In this document: positions 30,401 through 45,032 of the stretch, in pieces
Layout of the letters: every line of letters begins with the position of its first letter
Position numbering within the stretch: position 1 is the stretch's first letter
Origin: Leucoraja ocellata
Taxonomy: Eukaryota
Direction: 5' to 3'
DNA: 64,000 nt
NCBI GenBank assembly: GCA_036785375.1
Contig: JAWMAR010001184.1
Location: 248,001-312,000 of the forward strand
Notes under the pieces: generated by a model
Seen by the model: only the letters and a program-made list of their open reading frames with translations
Told to the model about the DNA's origin: nothing
Databases searched by the model: none
Program-made: the position numbers and the translations under genes

Positions 30401-33400
30401 ACAACAGAATTTTCCTTACCAACACCGAATGGTAGACAGGCATCAGCAGCCACATTGTCCACAGCTGAAACACGGTCAGAAACGCAGGAATCAATAAGAA
30501 CGGAGCATTCAACACAAACCAATGCAAGCACGACACAGAATTCTTCAGAAAGTGTGTCCGTTTCAGAACCACATTTCACAACGCAATTTTCAGTCACAAC
30601 ACATTCCTCATCGGAATCATATTCCACATCAGTGAAAGCTTCCTCAACAACAGAACCTTCATCAGAATCACACCCTACAATAGCAGCATCCACGATGGCC
30701 ACATCCTCTCTGGAAACAACTCCAAAAACCCAGCAATCTTCAAGAACTGAACTATCATCACAATCCAATCCAAGCACAACCAATGTTTCATCAGTCACTG
30801 AGTCCTCTTCAGAAACACATTTAACAACATCAAGTTTATCACAGGCAACTGAGTCCTCAACAGAAACATACTCCAGTTCGACATCGGTTTCATCAAAAAC
30901 TGAATCACCCTCAGAAAGCCATCAGACCACAGAGTTGCCTTCAAGCTCCTTGTCCTCATCAAAAACACATCCAACAACATTACAGGAATCATCATCAACA
31001 GAGCTTCCAACAACAGCATATCCAACATTGACATCTGCTTCATCTGTTAGTGTGTCCCCATCTGAAACCCACCTAACAACAACACAACTATCATCGCCAA
31101 CTCAGTCCTCAGCAGAGACCTATCCAACAACACAAACATCCACAAACAAACCTTCATCAGAAACACATCCAACAACAGTGGAGTCGTCAAGCACACAGCA
31201 TTCAACGCAAGCACATCAAAGCTCAACAGAAGTTTCATCGGTCACTGTGTCGCCAGTTGAATCCCACTCCACAACCTCATCATTTTCATTGGTTCCTGAA
31301 TCCCCGTCAGAAACACGTTCAACATCTGCACAAGCATCAGTGACAACTGAAACTTCATCGGAATCCCATCCAAATACAGAGGCATCTCGAATCACAATGT
31401 CCCCTTCAGAAAGACAGCCAACAGCACATGAATCATCAAGTACAGAGCAGTCAACACAAACTCATGGAACAACATCAGAAATTCCCTCAGAAAGTGCGTC
31501 CTCATCAAAAACCCTCGCAACAGCAACAACGTCACCTTTGGTCACTGGGAGCTCAGCGGTAACTTATTCTCAATCATCGCAAATCACATCCTCCAACAAA
31601 TCTGCAACAGTATCACATCCAACTACAGAAGAATCATCAATCACTGTCTCCTCACCTGAAACACGTCAGACAAATACACAGGAACCTTTTACATCGGCAT
31701 ATCCAAAGACAACACAAGCTTCAACAGAAACTATTTTGACAACAGAAACACATTTAACAACACCAATCTCAAAGGAAACGGAGCCTCCATCAGTAACCTA
31801 CCCACGCACAACAGAAGGCTTATCCACAACAGAATTTTCCTTACCAACACCGAATGGTAGACAGGCATCAGCAGCCACATTGTCCACAGCTGAAACACGG
31901 TCAGAAACGCAGGAATCAATAAGAACGGAGCATTCAACACAAACCAATGCAAGCACGACACAGAATTCTTCAGAAAGTGTGTCCGTTTCAGAACCACATT
32001 TCACAACGCAATTTTCAGTCACAACACATTCCTCATCGGAATCATATTCCACATCAGTGAAAGCTTCCTCAACAACAGAACCTTCATCAGAATCACACCC
32101 TACAATAGCAGCATCCACGATGGCCACATCCTCTCTGGAAACAACTCCAAAAATCCAGCAATCTTCAAGAACTGAACTATCATCACAATCCAATCCAAGC
32201 ACAACCAATGTTTCATCAGTCACTGAGTCCTCTTCAGAAACACATTTAACAACATCAAGTTTATCACAGGCAACTGAGTCCTCAACAGAAACATACTCCA
32301 GTTCGACATCGGTTTCATCAAAAACTGAATCACCCTCAGAAAGCCATCAGACCACAGAGTTGCCTTCAAGCTCCTTGTCCTCATCAAAAACACACCCAAC
32401 AACATTACAGGAATCATCATCAACAGAGCTTCCAACAACAGCATATCCAACATTGACATCTGCTTCATCTGTTAGTGTGTCCCCATCTGAAACCCACCTA
32501 ACAACAACACAACTATCATCGCCAACTCAGTCCTCAGCAGAGACCTATCCAACAACACAAACATCCACAAACAAACCTTCATCAGAAACACATCCAACAA
32601 CAGTGGAGTCGTCAAGCACACAGCATTCAACGCAAGCACATCAAAGCTCAACAGAAGTTTCATCGGTCACTGTGTCGCCAGTTGAATCCCACTCCACAAC
32701 CTCATCATTTTCATTGGTTCCTGAATCCCCGTCAGAAACACGTTCAACATCTGCACAAGCATCAGTGACAACTGAAACTTCATCGGAATCCCATCCAAAT
32801 ACAGAGGCATCTCGAATCACAATGTCCCCTTCAGAAAGACAGCCAACAGCACATGAATCATCAAGTACAGAGCAGTCAACACAAACTCATGGAACAACAT
32901 CAGAAATTCCCTCAGAAAGTGCGTCCTCATCAAAAACCCTCGCAACAGCAACAACGTCACCTTTGGTCACTGGGAGCTCAGCGGTAACTTATTCTCAATC
33001 ATCGCAAATCACATCCTCCAACAAATCTGCAACAGTATCACATCCAACTACAGAAGAATCATCAATCACTGTCTCCTCACCTGAAACACGTCAGACAAAT
33101 ACACAGGAACCTTTTACATCGGCATATCCAAAGACAACACAAGCTTCAACAGAAACTATTTTGACAACAGAAACACATTTAACAACACCAATCTCAAAGG
33201 AAACGGAGCCTCCATCAGTAACCTACCCACACACAACAGAAGGCTTATCCACAACAGAATTTTCCTTACCAACACCGAATGGTAGACAGGCATCAGCAAC
33301 CACATTGTCCACAGCTGAAACACGGTCAGAAACGCAGGAATCAATAAGAACGGAGCATTCAACACAAACCAATGCAAACACGACACAGAATTCTTCAGAA

Positions 33401-36400
33401 AGTGTGTCCGTTTCAGAACCACATTTCACAACGCAATTTTCAGTCACAACACATTCCTCATCGGAATCATATTCCACATCAGTGAAAGCTTCCTCAATAA
33501 CAGAACCTTCATCAGAATCACACCCTACAATAGCAGCATCCACGATGGCCACATCCTCTCTGGAAACAACTCCAAAAACCCAGCAATCTTCAAGAACTGA
33601 ACTATCATCACAATCCAATCCAAGCACAACCAATGTTTCATCAGTCACTGAGTCCTCTTCAGAAACACATTTAACAACATCAAGTTTATCACAGGCAACT
33701 GAGTCCTCAACAGAAACATACTCCAGTTCGACATCGGTTTCATCAAAAACTGAATCACCCTCAGAAAGCCATCAGACCACAGAGTTGCCTTCAAGCTCCT
33801 TGTCCTCATCAAAAACACACCCAACAACATTACAGGAATCATCATCAACAGAGCTTCCAACAACAGCATATCCAACATTGACATCTGCTTCATCTGTTAG
33901 TGTGTCCCCATCTGAAACCCACCTAACAACAACACCACTATCATCGCCAACTCAGTCCTCAGCAGAGACCTATCCAACAACACAAACATCCACAAACAAA
34001 CCTTCATCAGAAACACATCCAACAACAGTGGAGTCGTCAAGCACACAGCATTCAACGCAAGCACATCAAAGCTCAACAGAAGTTTCATCGGTCACTGTGT
34101 CGCCAGTTGAATCCCACTCCACAACCTCATCATTTTCATTGGTTCCTGAATCCCCGTCAGAAACACGTTCAACATCTGCACAAGCATCAGTGACAACTGA
34201 AACTTCATCGGAATCCCATCCAAATACAGAGGCATCTCGAATCACAATGTCCCCTTCAGAAAGACAGCCAACAGCACATGAATCATCAAGTACAGAGCAG
34301 TCAACACAAACTCATGGAACAACATCAGAAATTCCCTCAGAAAGTGCGTCCTCATCAAAAACCCTCGCAACAGCAACAACGTCACCTTTGGTCACTGGGA
34401 GCTCAGCGGTAACTTATTCTCAATCATCGCAAATCACATCCTCCAACAAATCTGCAACAGTATCACATCCAATTACAGAAGAATCATCAATCACTGTCTC
34501 CTCACCTGAAACACGTCAGACAAATACACAGGAACCTTTTACATCGGCATATCCAAAGACAACACAAGCTTCAACAGAAACTATTTTGACAACAGAAACA
34601 CATTTAACAACACCAATCTCAAAGGAAACGGAGCCTCCATCAGTAACCTACCCACGCACAACAGAAGGCTTATCCACAACAGAATTTTCCTTACCAACAC
34701 CGAATGGTAGACAGGCATCAGCAACCACATTGTCCACAGCTGAAACACGGTCAGAAACGCAGGAATCAATAAGAACGGAGCATTCAACACAAACCAATGC
34801 AAACACGACACAGAATTCTTCAGAAAGTGTGTCCGTTTCAGAACCACATTTCACAACGCAATTTTCAGTCACAACACATTCCTCATCGGAATCATATTCC
34901 ACATCAGTGAAAGCTTCCTCAACAACAGAACCTTCATCAGAATCACGCCCTACAATAGCAGCATCCACGATGGCCACATCCTCTCTGGAAACAACTCCAA
35001 AAACCCAGCAATCTTCAAGAACTGAACTATCATCACAATCCAATCCAAGCACAACCAATGTTTCATCAGTCACTGAGTCCTCTTCAGAAACACATTTAAC
35101 AACATCAAGTTTATCACAGGCAACTGAGTCCTCAACAGAAACATACTCCAGTTCGACATCGGTTTCATCAAAAACTGAATCACCCTCAGAAAGCCATCAG
35201 ACCACAGAAGTGCCTTCAAGCTCCTTGTCCTCATCAAAAACACACCCAACAACATTACAGGAATCATCATCAACAGAGCTTCCAACAATAGCATATCCAA
35301 CATTGACATCTGCTTCATCTGTTAGTGTGTCCCCATCTGAAACCCACCTAACAACAACACAACTATCATCGCCAACTCAGTCCTCAGCAGAGACATATCC
35401 AACAACACAAACATCCACAAACAAACCTTCATCAGAAACACATCCAACAACAGTGCAGTCGTCAAGCACACAGCATTCAACGCAAGCACATCAAAGCTCA
35501 ACAGAAGTTTCATCAGTCACTGTGTCGCCAGTTGAATCCCACTCCACAACCTCATCATTTTCATTGGTTACTCAATCCCCGTCAGAAACACGTTCAACAC
35601 CTGCACAAGCATCAGTGACAACTGAAACTTCATCGGAATCCCATCAAACTACAGAGGCATCTCGAATCACAGTGTCCTCTTCGGAAAGACAGCCAACAGC
35701 ACATGAATCATCAAGTACAGAGCAGTCAACACAAACTCATGGAACAACATCAGAAATTCCCTCAGAAAGTGCGTCCTCATCAAAAACCCTCGCAACAGCA
35801 ACAACGTCACCTTTGGTCACTGGGAGCTCAGCGGTAACTTATTCTCAATCATCGCAAATCACATCCTCCAACAAATCTGCAACAGTATCACATCCAACTA
35901 CAGAAGAATCATCGATCACTGTCTCCTCACCTGAAACACGTCAGACAAATACACAGGAACCTTTTACATCGGCATATCCGAAGACAACACAAGCTTCAAC
36001 AGAAACTATTTTGACAACAGAAACACATTTAACAACACCAATCTCAAAGGAAACGGAGCCTCCATCAGTAACCTACCCACGCACAACAGAAGGCTTATCC
36101 ACAACAGAATTTTCCTTACCAACACCGAATGGTAGACAGGCATCAGCAACCACATTGTCCACAGCTGAAACACGGTCAGAAACGCAAGAATCAATAAGAA
36201 CGGAGCATTCAACACAAACCAATGCAAACACGACACAGAATTCTTCAGAAAGTGTGTCCGTTTCAGAACCACATTTCACAACGCAATATTCAGTCACAAC
36301 ACATTCCTCATCGGAATCATATTCCACATCAGTGAAAGCTTCCTCAACAACAGAACCTTCATCAGAATCACGCCCTACAATAGCAGCATCCACGATGGCC

Positions 36401-39400
36401 ACATCCTCTCTGGAAACAACTCCAAAAACCCAGCAATCTTCAAGAACTGAACTATCATCACAATCCAATCCAAGCACAACCAATGTTTCATCAGTCACTG
36501 AGTCCTCTTCAGAAACACATTTAACAACATCAAGTTTATCACAGGCAACTGAGTCCTCAACAGAAACATACTCCAGTTCGACATCGGTTTCATCAAAAAC
36601 TGAATCACCCTCAGAAAGCCATCAGACCACAGAAGTGCCTTCAAGCTCCTTGTCCTCATCAAAAACACACCCAACAACATTACAGGAATCATCATCAACA
36701 GAGCTTCCAACAATAGCATATCCAACATTGACATCTGCTTCATCTGTTAGTGTGTCCCCATCTGAAACCCACCTAACAACAACACAACTATCATCGCCAA
36801 CTCAGTCCTCAGCAGAGACATATCCAACAACACAAACATCCACAAACAAACCTTCATCAGAAACACATCCAACAACAGTGCAGTCGTCAAGCACACAGCA
36901 TTCAACGCAAGCACATCAAAGCTCAACAGAAGTTTCATCAGTCACTGTGTCGCCAGTTGAATCCCACTCCACAACCTCATCATTTTCATTGGTTACTCAA
37001 TCCCCGTCAGAAACACGTTCAACATCTGCACAAGCATCAGTGACAACTGAAACTTCATCGGAATCCCATCAAACTACAGAGGCATCTCGAATCACAGTGT
37101 CCTCTTCGGAAAGACAGCCAACAGCACATGAATCATCAAGTACAGAGCAGTCAACACAAACTCATGGAACAACATCAGAAATTCCCTCAGAAAGTGCGTC
37201 CTCATCAAAAACCCTCGCAACAGCAACAACGTCACCTTTGGTCACTGGGAGCTCAGCGGTAACTTATTCTCAATCATCGCAAATCACATCCTCCAACAAA
37301 TCTGCAACAGTATCACATCCAACTACAGAAGAATCATCGATCACTGTCTCCTCACCTGAAACACGTCAGACAAATACACAGGAACCTTTTACATCGGCAT
37401 ATCCGAAGACAACACAAGCTTCAACAGAAACTATTTTGACAACAGAAACACATTTAACAACACCAATCTCAAAGGAAACGGAGCCTCCATCAGTAACCTA
37501 CCCACGCACAACAGAAGGCTTATCCACAACAGAATTTTCCTCACCAACACCAAACGGTAGACAGGCATCAGCAACCACATTGTCCACAACTGAAACACGG
37601 TCAGAAACGCAGGAATCAATAAGAACGGAGCATTCAACACAAACCAATGCAAACACGACACAGAATTCTTCAGAAAGTGTGACTGTTTCAGAACCACATT
37701 TTACAACGCAATTTTCAGTCACAACACATTCCTCATCGGAATCATATTCCACATCAGTGAAAGCTTCCTCAACAACAGAACCTTCATCAGAATCACATCC
37801 TACAATAGCAGCATCCACGATGGCCACATCCTCTCTGGAAACAACTCCAAAAACCCAGCAATCTTCAAGAACTGAACTATCATCACAATCCAATCCAAGC
37901 ACAACCAATGTTTCATCAGTCACTGAGTCCTCTTCAGAAACACATTTAACAACATCAAGTTTATCACAGGTAACTGAGTCCTCAACAGAAACATACTCCA
38001 GTTCGACATCGGTTTCATCAAAATCTGAATCACCCTCAGAGAGCCATCAGACCACAGAGTTGCCTTCAAGCTCCTTGTCCTCATCAAAAACACACCCAAC
38101 AACATTACAGGAATCATCATCAACAGAGCTTCCAACAACAGCATATCCAACATTGACATCTGCTTCATCTGTTAGTGTGTCCCCATCTGAAACCCACCTA
38201 ACAACAACACCACTATCATCGCCAACTCAGTCCTCAGCAGAGACCTATCCAACAACACAAACATCCACAAACAAACCTTCATCAGAAACACACCCGCCAA
38301 CAGTGGAGTCGTCAAGCACACAGCATTCAACGCAAACACATCAAAGCTCAACAGAAGTTTCATCAGTCACTGTGTCGCCAGTTGAATCCCACTCCACAAC
38401 CTCATCATTTTCATTGGTTACTCAATCCCCGTCAGAAACACGTTCAACATCTGCACAAGCATCAGTGACAACTGAAACTTCATCGGAATCCCATCCAACT
38501 ACAGAGGCATCTCGAATCACAATGTCCCCTTCAGAAAGACAGCCAACAGCACATGAATCATCAAGTACAGAGCAGTCAACACAAACTCATGGAACAACAT
38601 CAGAAATTCCCTCAGAAAGTGCGTCCTCATCAAAAACCCTCGCAACAGCAACAACGTCACCTTTGGTCACTGGGAGCTCAGCGGTAACTTATTCTCAATC
38701 ATCGCAAATCACATCCTCCAACAAATCTGCAACAGTATCACATCCAACTACAGAAGAATCATCGATCACTGTCTCCTCACCTGAAACACGTCAGACAAAT
38801 ACACAGGAACCTTTTACATCGGCATATCCGAAGACAACACAAGCTTCAACAGAAACTATTTTGACAACAGAAACACATTTAACAACACCAATCTCAAAGG
38901 AAACGGAGCCTCCATCAGTAACCTACCCACGCACAACAGAAGGCTTATCCACAACAGAATTTTCCTCACCAACGCCAAATGCTAGACAGGCATCAGCAAC
39001 CACATTGTCCACAGCTGAAACACGGTCAGAAACGCAGGAATCAATAAGAACGGAGCATTCAACACAAACCAATGCAAACACGACACAGAATTCTTCAGAA
39101 AGTGTGACTGTTTCAGAACCACATTTTACAACGCAATTTTCAGTCACAACACATTCCTCATCGGAATCATATTCCACATCAGTGAAAGCTTCCTCAACAA
39201 CAGAACCTTCATCAGAATCACATCCTACAATAGCAGCATCCACGATGGCCACATCCTCTCTGGAAACCACTCCAAAAACCCAGCAATCTTCAAGAACTGA
39301 ACTATCATCACAATCCAATCCAAGCACAACCAATGTTTCATCAGTCACTGAGTCCTCTTCAGAAACACATTTAACAACATCAAGTTTATCACAGGTAACT

Positions 39401-42400
39401 GAGTTCTCAACAGAAACATACTCCAGTTCGACATCGGTTTCATCAAAAACTGAATCACCCTCAGAGAGCCATCAGACCACAGAGTTGCCTTCAAGCTCCT
39501 TGTCCTCATCAAAAACACACCCAACAACATTACAGGAATCATCATCAACAGAGCTTCCAACAACAGCATATCCAACATTGACATCTGCTTTATCTGTTAG
39601 TGTGTCCCCATCTGAAACCCACCTAACAACAACACCACTATCATCGCCAACTCAGTCCTCAGCAGAGACTTATCCAACAACACAAACATTCACAAACAAA
39701 CCTTCATCAGAAACACACCCGACAACAGTGGAATCGTCAAGCACACAGCATTCAACGCAAGCACATCAAAGCTCAACAGAAGTTTCATCAGTCACTGTGT
39801 CGCCAGTTGAATCCCACTCCACAAGCTCATCATTTTCATTGGTTACTCAATCCCCGTCAGAAACACGTTCAACATCTGCACAAGCATCAGTGACAACTGA
39901 AACTTCATCGGAATCCCATCCAACTACAGAGGCATCTCGAATCACAATGTCCCCTTCAGAAAGACAGCCAACAGCACATGAATCATCAAGTACAGAGCAG
40001 TCAACACAAACTCATGGAACAACATCAGAAATTCCCTCAGAAAGTGCGTCCTCATCAAAAACCCTCGCAACAGCAACAACGTCACCTTTGGTCACTGGGA
40101 GCTCAGCGGTAACTTATTCTCAATCATCGCAAATCACATCCTCCAACAAATCTGCAACAGTATCACATCCAACTACAGAAGAATCATCGATCACTGTCTC
40201 CTCACCTGAAACACGTCAGACAAATACACAGGAACCTTTTACATCGGCATATCCAAACACAACACAAGCTTCAACAGAAACTATTTTGACAACAGAAACA
40301 CATTTAACAACACCAATCTCAAAGGAAACGGAGCCTCCATCAGTAACCTACCCACGCACAACAGAAGGCTTATCCACAACAGAATTTTCCTCACCAACGC
40401 CAAATGCTAGACAGGCATCAGCAACCACATTGTCCACAGCTGAAACACGGTCAGAAACGCAGGAATCAATAAGAACGGAGCATTCAACACAAACCAATGC
40501 AAACACGACACAGAATTCTTCAGAAAGTGTGACTGTTTCAGAACCACATTTTACAACGCAATTTTCAGTCACAACACATTCCTCATCGGAATCATATTCC
40601 ACATCAGTGAAAGCTTCCTCAACAACAGAACCTTCATCAGAATCACATCCTACAATAGCAGCATCCACGATGGCCACATCCTCTCTGGAAACCACTCCAA
40701 AAACCCAGCAATCTTCAAGAACTGAACTATCATCACAATCCAATCCAAGCACAACCAATGTTTCATCAGTCACTGAGTCCTCTTCAGAAACACATTTAAC
40801 AACATCAAGTTTATCACAGGTAACTGAGTCCTCAACAGAAACATACTCCAGTTTGACACCAGTTTCATCAAAAACTGAATCACCCTCAGAGAGCCATCAG
40901 ACCACAGAAGTGCCTTCAAGCTCCTTGTCCTCATCAAAAACACACCCAACAACATTACAGGAATCATCATCAACAGAGCTTCCAACAACAGCATATCCAA
41001 CATTGACATCTGCTTTATCTGTTAGTGTGTCCCCATCTGAAACCCACCTAACAACAACACCACTATCATCGCCAACTCAGTCCTCAGCAGAGACTTATCC
41101 AACAACACAAACATTCACAAACAAACCTTCATCAGAAACACACCCGACAACAGTGGAATCGTCAAGCACACAGCATTCAACGCAAGCACATCAAAGCTCA
41201 ACAGAAGTTTCATCAGTCACTGTGTCGCCAGTTGAATCCCACTCCACAAGCTCATCATTTTCATTGGTTACTCAATCCCCGTCAGAAACACGTTCAACAT
41301 CTGCACAAGCATCAGTGACAACTGAAACTTCATCGGAATCCCATCCAACTACAGAGGCATCTCGAATCACAATGTCCCCTTCAGAAAGACAGCCAACAGC
41401 ACATGAATCATCAAGTACAGAGCAGTCAACACAAACTCATGGAACAACATCAGAAATTCCCTCAGAAAGTGCGTCCTCATCAAAAACCCTCGCAACAGCA
41501 ACAACGTCACCTTTGGTCACTGGGAGCTCAGCGGTAACTTATTCTCAATCATCGCAAATCACATCCTCCAACAAATCTGCAACAGTATCACATCCAACTA
41601 CAGAAGAATCATCGATCACTGTCTCCTCACCTGAAACACGTCAGACAAATACACAGGAACCTTTTACATCGGCATATCCAAACACAACACAAGCTTCAAC
41701 AGAAACTATTTTGACAACAGAGACACATTTAACAACACCAATCTCAAAGGAAACGGAGCCTCCATCAGTAACCTACCCACGCACAACAGAAGGCTTATCC
41801 ACAACAGAATTTTCCTCACCAACACCAAAAGGTAGACAGGCATCAGCAACCACATTGTCCACAGCTGAAACACAGTCAGAAACGCAGGAATCAATAAGAA
41901 CGGAGCATTCAACACAAACCAATGCAAACACGACACAGAATCCTTCAGAAAGTGTGACTGTTTCAGAACCACATTTTACAACGCAATTTTCAGTCACAAC
42001 ACATTCCGCATCGGAATCATATTCCACATCAGTGAAAGCTTCCTCAACAACAGAACCTTCATCAGAATCACATCCTACAATAGCAGCATCCACGATGGCC
42101 ACATCCTCTCTGGAAACAACTCCAAAAACCCAGCAATCTTCAAGAACTGAACTATCATCACAATCCAATCCAAGCACAACCAATGTTTCATCAGTCACTG
42201 AGTCCTCTTCAGAAACACATTTAACAACATCAAGTTTATCACAGGTAACTGAGTCCTCAACAGAAACATACTCCAGTTTGACACCAGTTTCATCAAAAAC
42301 TGAATCACCCTCAGAGAGCCATCAGACCACAGAAGTGCCTTCAAGCTCCTTGTCCTCATCAAAAACACACCCAACAACATTACAGGAATCATCATCAACA

Positions 42401-44618
42401 GAGCTTCCAACAACAGCATATCCAACATTGACATCTGCTTTATCTGTTAGTGTGTCCCCATCTGAAACCCACCTAACAACAACACCACTATCATCGCCAA
42501 CTCAGTCCTCAGCAGAGACTTATCCAACAACACAAACATTCACAAACAAACCTTCATCAGAAACACACCCGACAACAGTGGAATCGTCAAGCACACAGCA
42601 TTCAACGCAAGCACATCAAAGCTCAACAGAAGTTTCATCAGTCACTGTGTTGCCAGTTGAATCCCACTCCACAAGCTCATCATTTTCATTGGTTACTCAA
42701 TCCCCGTCAGAAACACGTTCAACATCTGCACAAGCATCAGTGACAACTGAAACTTCATCGGAATCCCATCCAACTACAGAGGCATCTCGAATCACAATGT
42801 CCCCTTCAGAAAGACAGCCAACAGCACATGAATCATCAAGTACAGAGCAGTCAACACAAACTCATGGAACAACATCAGAAATTCCCTCAGAAAGTGCGTC
42901 CTCATCAAAAACCCTCGCAACAGCAACAACGTCATCTTTGGTCACTGGGAGCACAGCGGTAACTTATTCTCAATCATCGCAAATCACATCCTCCAACAAC
43001 TCTGCAACAGTGTCACATCCAACTACAGAAGAATCATCGATCACTGTCTCCTCACCTGAAACACGTCAGACAAATACACAGGAACCTTTTACATCGGCAT
43101 ATCCAAAGACAACACAAGCTTCAACAGAAACTATTTTGACAGCAGAAACACATTTAACAACACCAATCTCAAAGGAAACGGAGCCTCCATCAGTAACCTA
43201 CCCACGCACAACAGAAGGCTTATCCACAACAGAATTTTCCTCACCAACACCAAATGGTAGACAGGCATCAGCAACCACATTGTCCACAGCTGAAACACGG
43301 TCAGAAACGCAGGAATCAATAAGAACGGAGCATTCAACACAAACCAATGCAAACACGACACAGAATTCTTCAGAAAGTGTGACTGTTTCAGAACCACATT
43401 TTACAACGCAATTTTCAGTCACAACACATTCCTCATCGGAATCATATTCCACATCAGTGAAAGCTTCCTCAACAACAGAACCTTCATCAGAATCACATCC
43501 TACAATAGCAGCATCCACAATGGCCACATCCTCTCTGGAAACAACTCCAAAAACCCAGCAATCTTCAAGAACTGAACTAACATCACAATCCAATCCAAGC
43601 ACAACCAATGTTTCATCAGTCACTGAGTCCTCTTCAGAAACACATTTAACAACATCAAGTTTATCACAGGTAACTGAGTCCTCAACAGAAACATACTCCA
43701 GTTCGACTCCGGTTTCATCAAAAACTGAATCACCCTCAGAAAGCCATCAGACCACAGAAGTGCCTTCAAGCTCCTTGTCCTCATCAAAAACACATCCAAC
43801 AACATTACAGGAATCATCATCAACAGAGCTTCCAACAACAGCATATCCAACAGTGACATCTGCTTCATCTGTTAGTGTGTCCCCATCTGAAACCCACCTA
43901 ACAACAACACCACTATCATCGCCAACTCAGTCCTCAGCAGAGACCTATCCAACAACACAAACATCCACAAACAAACCTTCATCAGAAACACACCCGACAA
44001 CAGTGGAGTCGTCAAGCACACAGCATTCAACGCAAGCACATCAAAGCTCAACAGAAGTTTCATCAGTCACTGTGTTGCCAGTTGAATCCCACTCCACAAC
44101 CTCATCATTTTCATTGGTTACTCAATCCCCGTCAGAAACACGTTCAACATCTGCACAAGCATCAGTGACAACTGAAACTTCATCGGAATCCCATCCAACT
44201 ACAGAGGCATCTCGAATCACAATGTCCTCTTCAGAAAGACAGCCAACAGCACATGAATCATCACCCTCAGAAAGCCATCGGACCACAGAAGTGCCTTCAA
44301 GCTCCGTGTCCTCATCAAAAACGCATCCAACAACAATACATGAATCATCAACAAGAATGCCATTCACTACTAAGATGACTACAAGTAAAATTCATTCCCT
44401 CAGTTCTGTTCATTCAACTTCGAAAGTTTCAACACATCCAAATACTGTATCATCTACCCTGCGTCCAGCACTGGACTACTGCAATAGATGCAGTTGCCTG
44501 AATAGAGGTACTTGTAATTCAAGTGCAACAACGGAAGATCACTGCGTGTGTGATTGTCCTAGATATATTTATGGTACTTATTGTGAATATGGACTTAACG
44601 TTACCCATGCTGTACCCG
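408..44618 (+). CDS. giant PTS exon (44,211 bp) of a MUC3/MUC12/MUC17-like transmembrane mucin; ends in EGF-like domain 1
   Basis: No stop in frame 401-44686. Acceptor CCATTTTCATTGATAG| ends at 407 and donor CCG|GTAAGT starts at 44619, both phase 1. Product is S/T/P/E-rich and ends with CNRCSCLNRGTC...CVCDCPRYIYGTYC. The ORF-track start at 401 is TTG inside the acceptor, not a real start. Confidence 0.93.
620..44353 (+). repeat. coding tandem array: 30 full units plus one partial unit, 1,425 bp (475 aa) each
   Basis: The anchor (A/C)ATTCTTCAGAAAGTGTG, with minor variants, recurs at 620, 2039, 3464 ... 43364. The period is 1425 bp; unit 1 is 1419 bp because it lacks 6 bp before PNGRQ. Confidence 0.97.
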
Positions 44619-45032
44619 GTAAGTTAATTGCATTATTGTGGAATTTGAATGTTATAAATGTTGATATTTATATTCTGCCCGTATAGCTTAATAAGAGAAT
44701 GCAACATGTAGTCAAATGTAGTTAATCCGACAACTGGGAAGGTTATTGTACATGTGATCGCGATCAATGGGGCGTTGAGAAATTAGAACTGACGTGGAAA
44801 TGCCTCGGCATAGGTTGGGAAATCAATGAGCAAACGCCCTTGTTCCTGATTGCTTTTTGTTTATGTGGACATCAGGATTGAACGGATCAGGTTTCTGAAT
44901 CAGCCTGTAGCGATTTCTCCCTACTTTACATAGAAAGATTAGCCTTTCAATAAACAGTTGTATAGGCATAACTGATCACATGGCTAGGATTGTTCCAATG
45001 TCTGTAGCTTTTCTGGTCTTCTCTTGCTGCAG

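Noticed and set aside
620-44353. CRISPR-like array or non-coding satellite
   Set aside because: There are no unique spacers; the units are contiguous, a multiple of three in length and fully open in one frame.
385-44367. About 120 recurring minus-strand ORFs (63-183 aa)
   Set aside because: They are antisense shadows of the A/C-rich mucin repeat, recur with the 1,425-bp period, and are broken by changes that are silent or tolerated on the plus strand.
401-44686. Single-exon 14,761-aa gene, or a prokaryotic giant adhesin, as given by the ORF track
   Set aside because: The start is a TTG within a splice acceptor, there is no signal peptide, and a consensus donor at 44619 leads in frame to SEA, EGF and TM exons. 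The context is vertebrate, with LINEs and introns.
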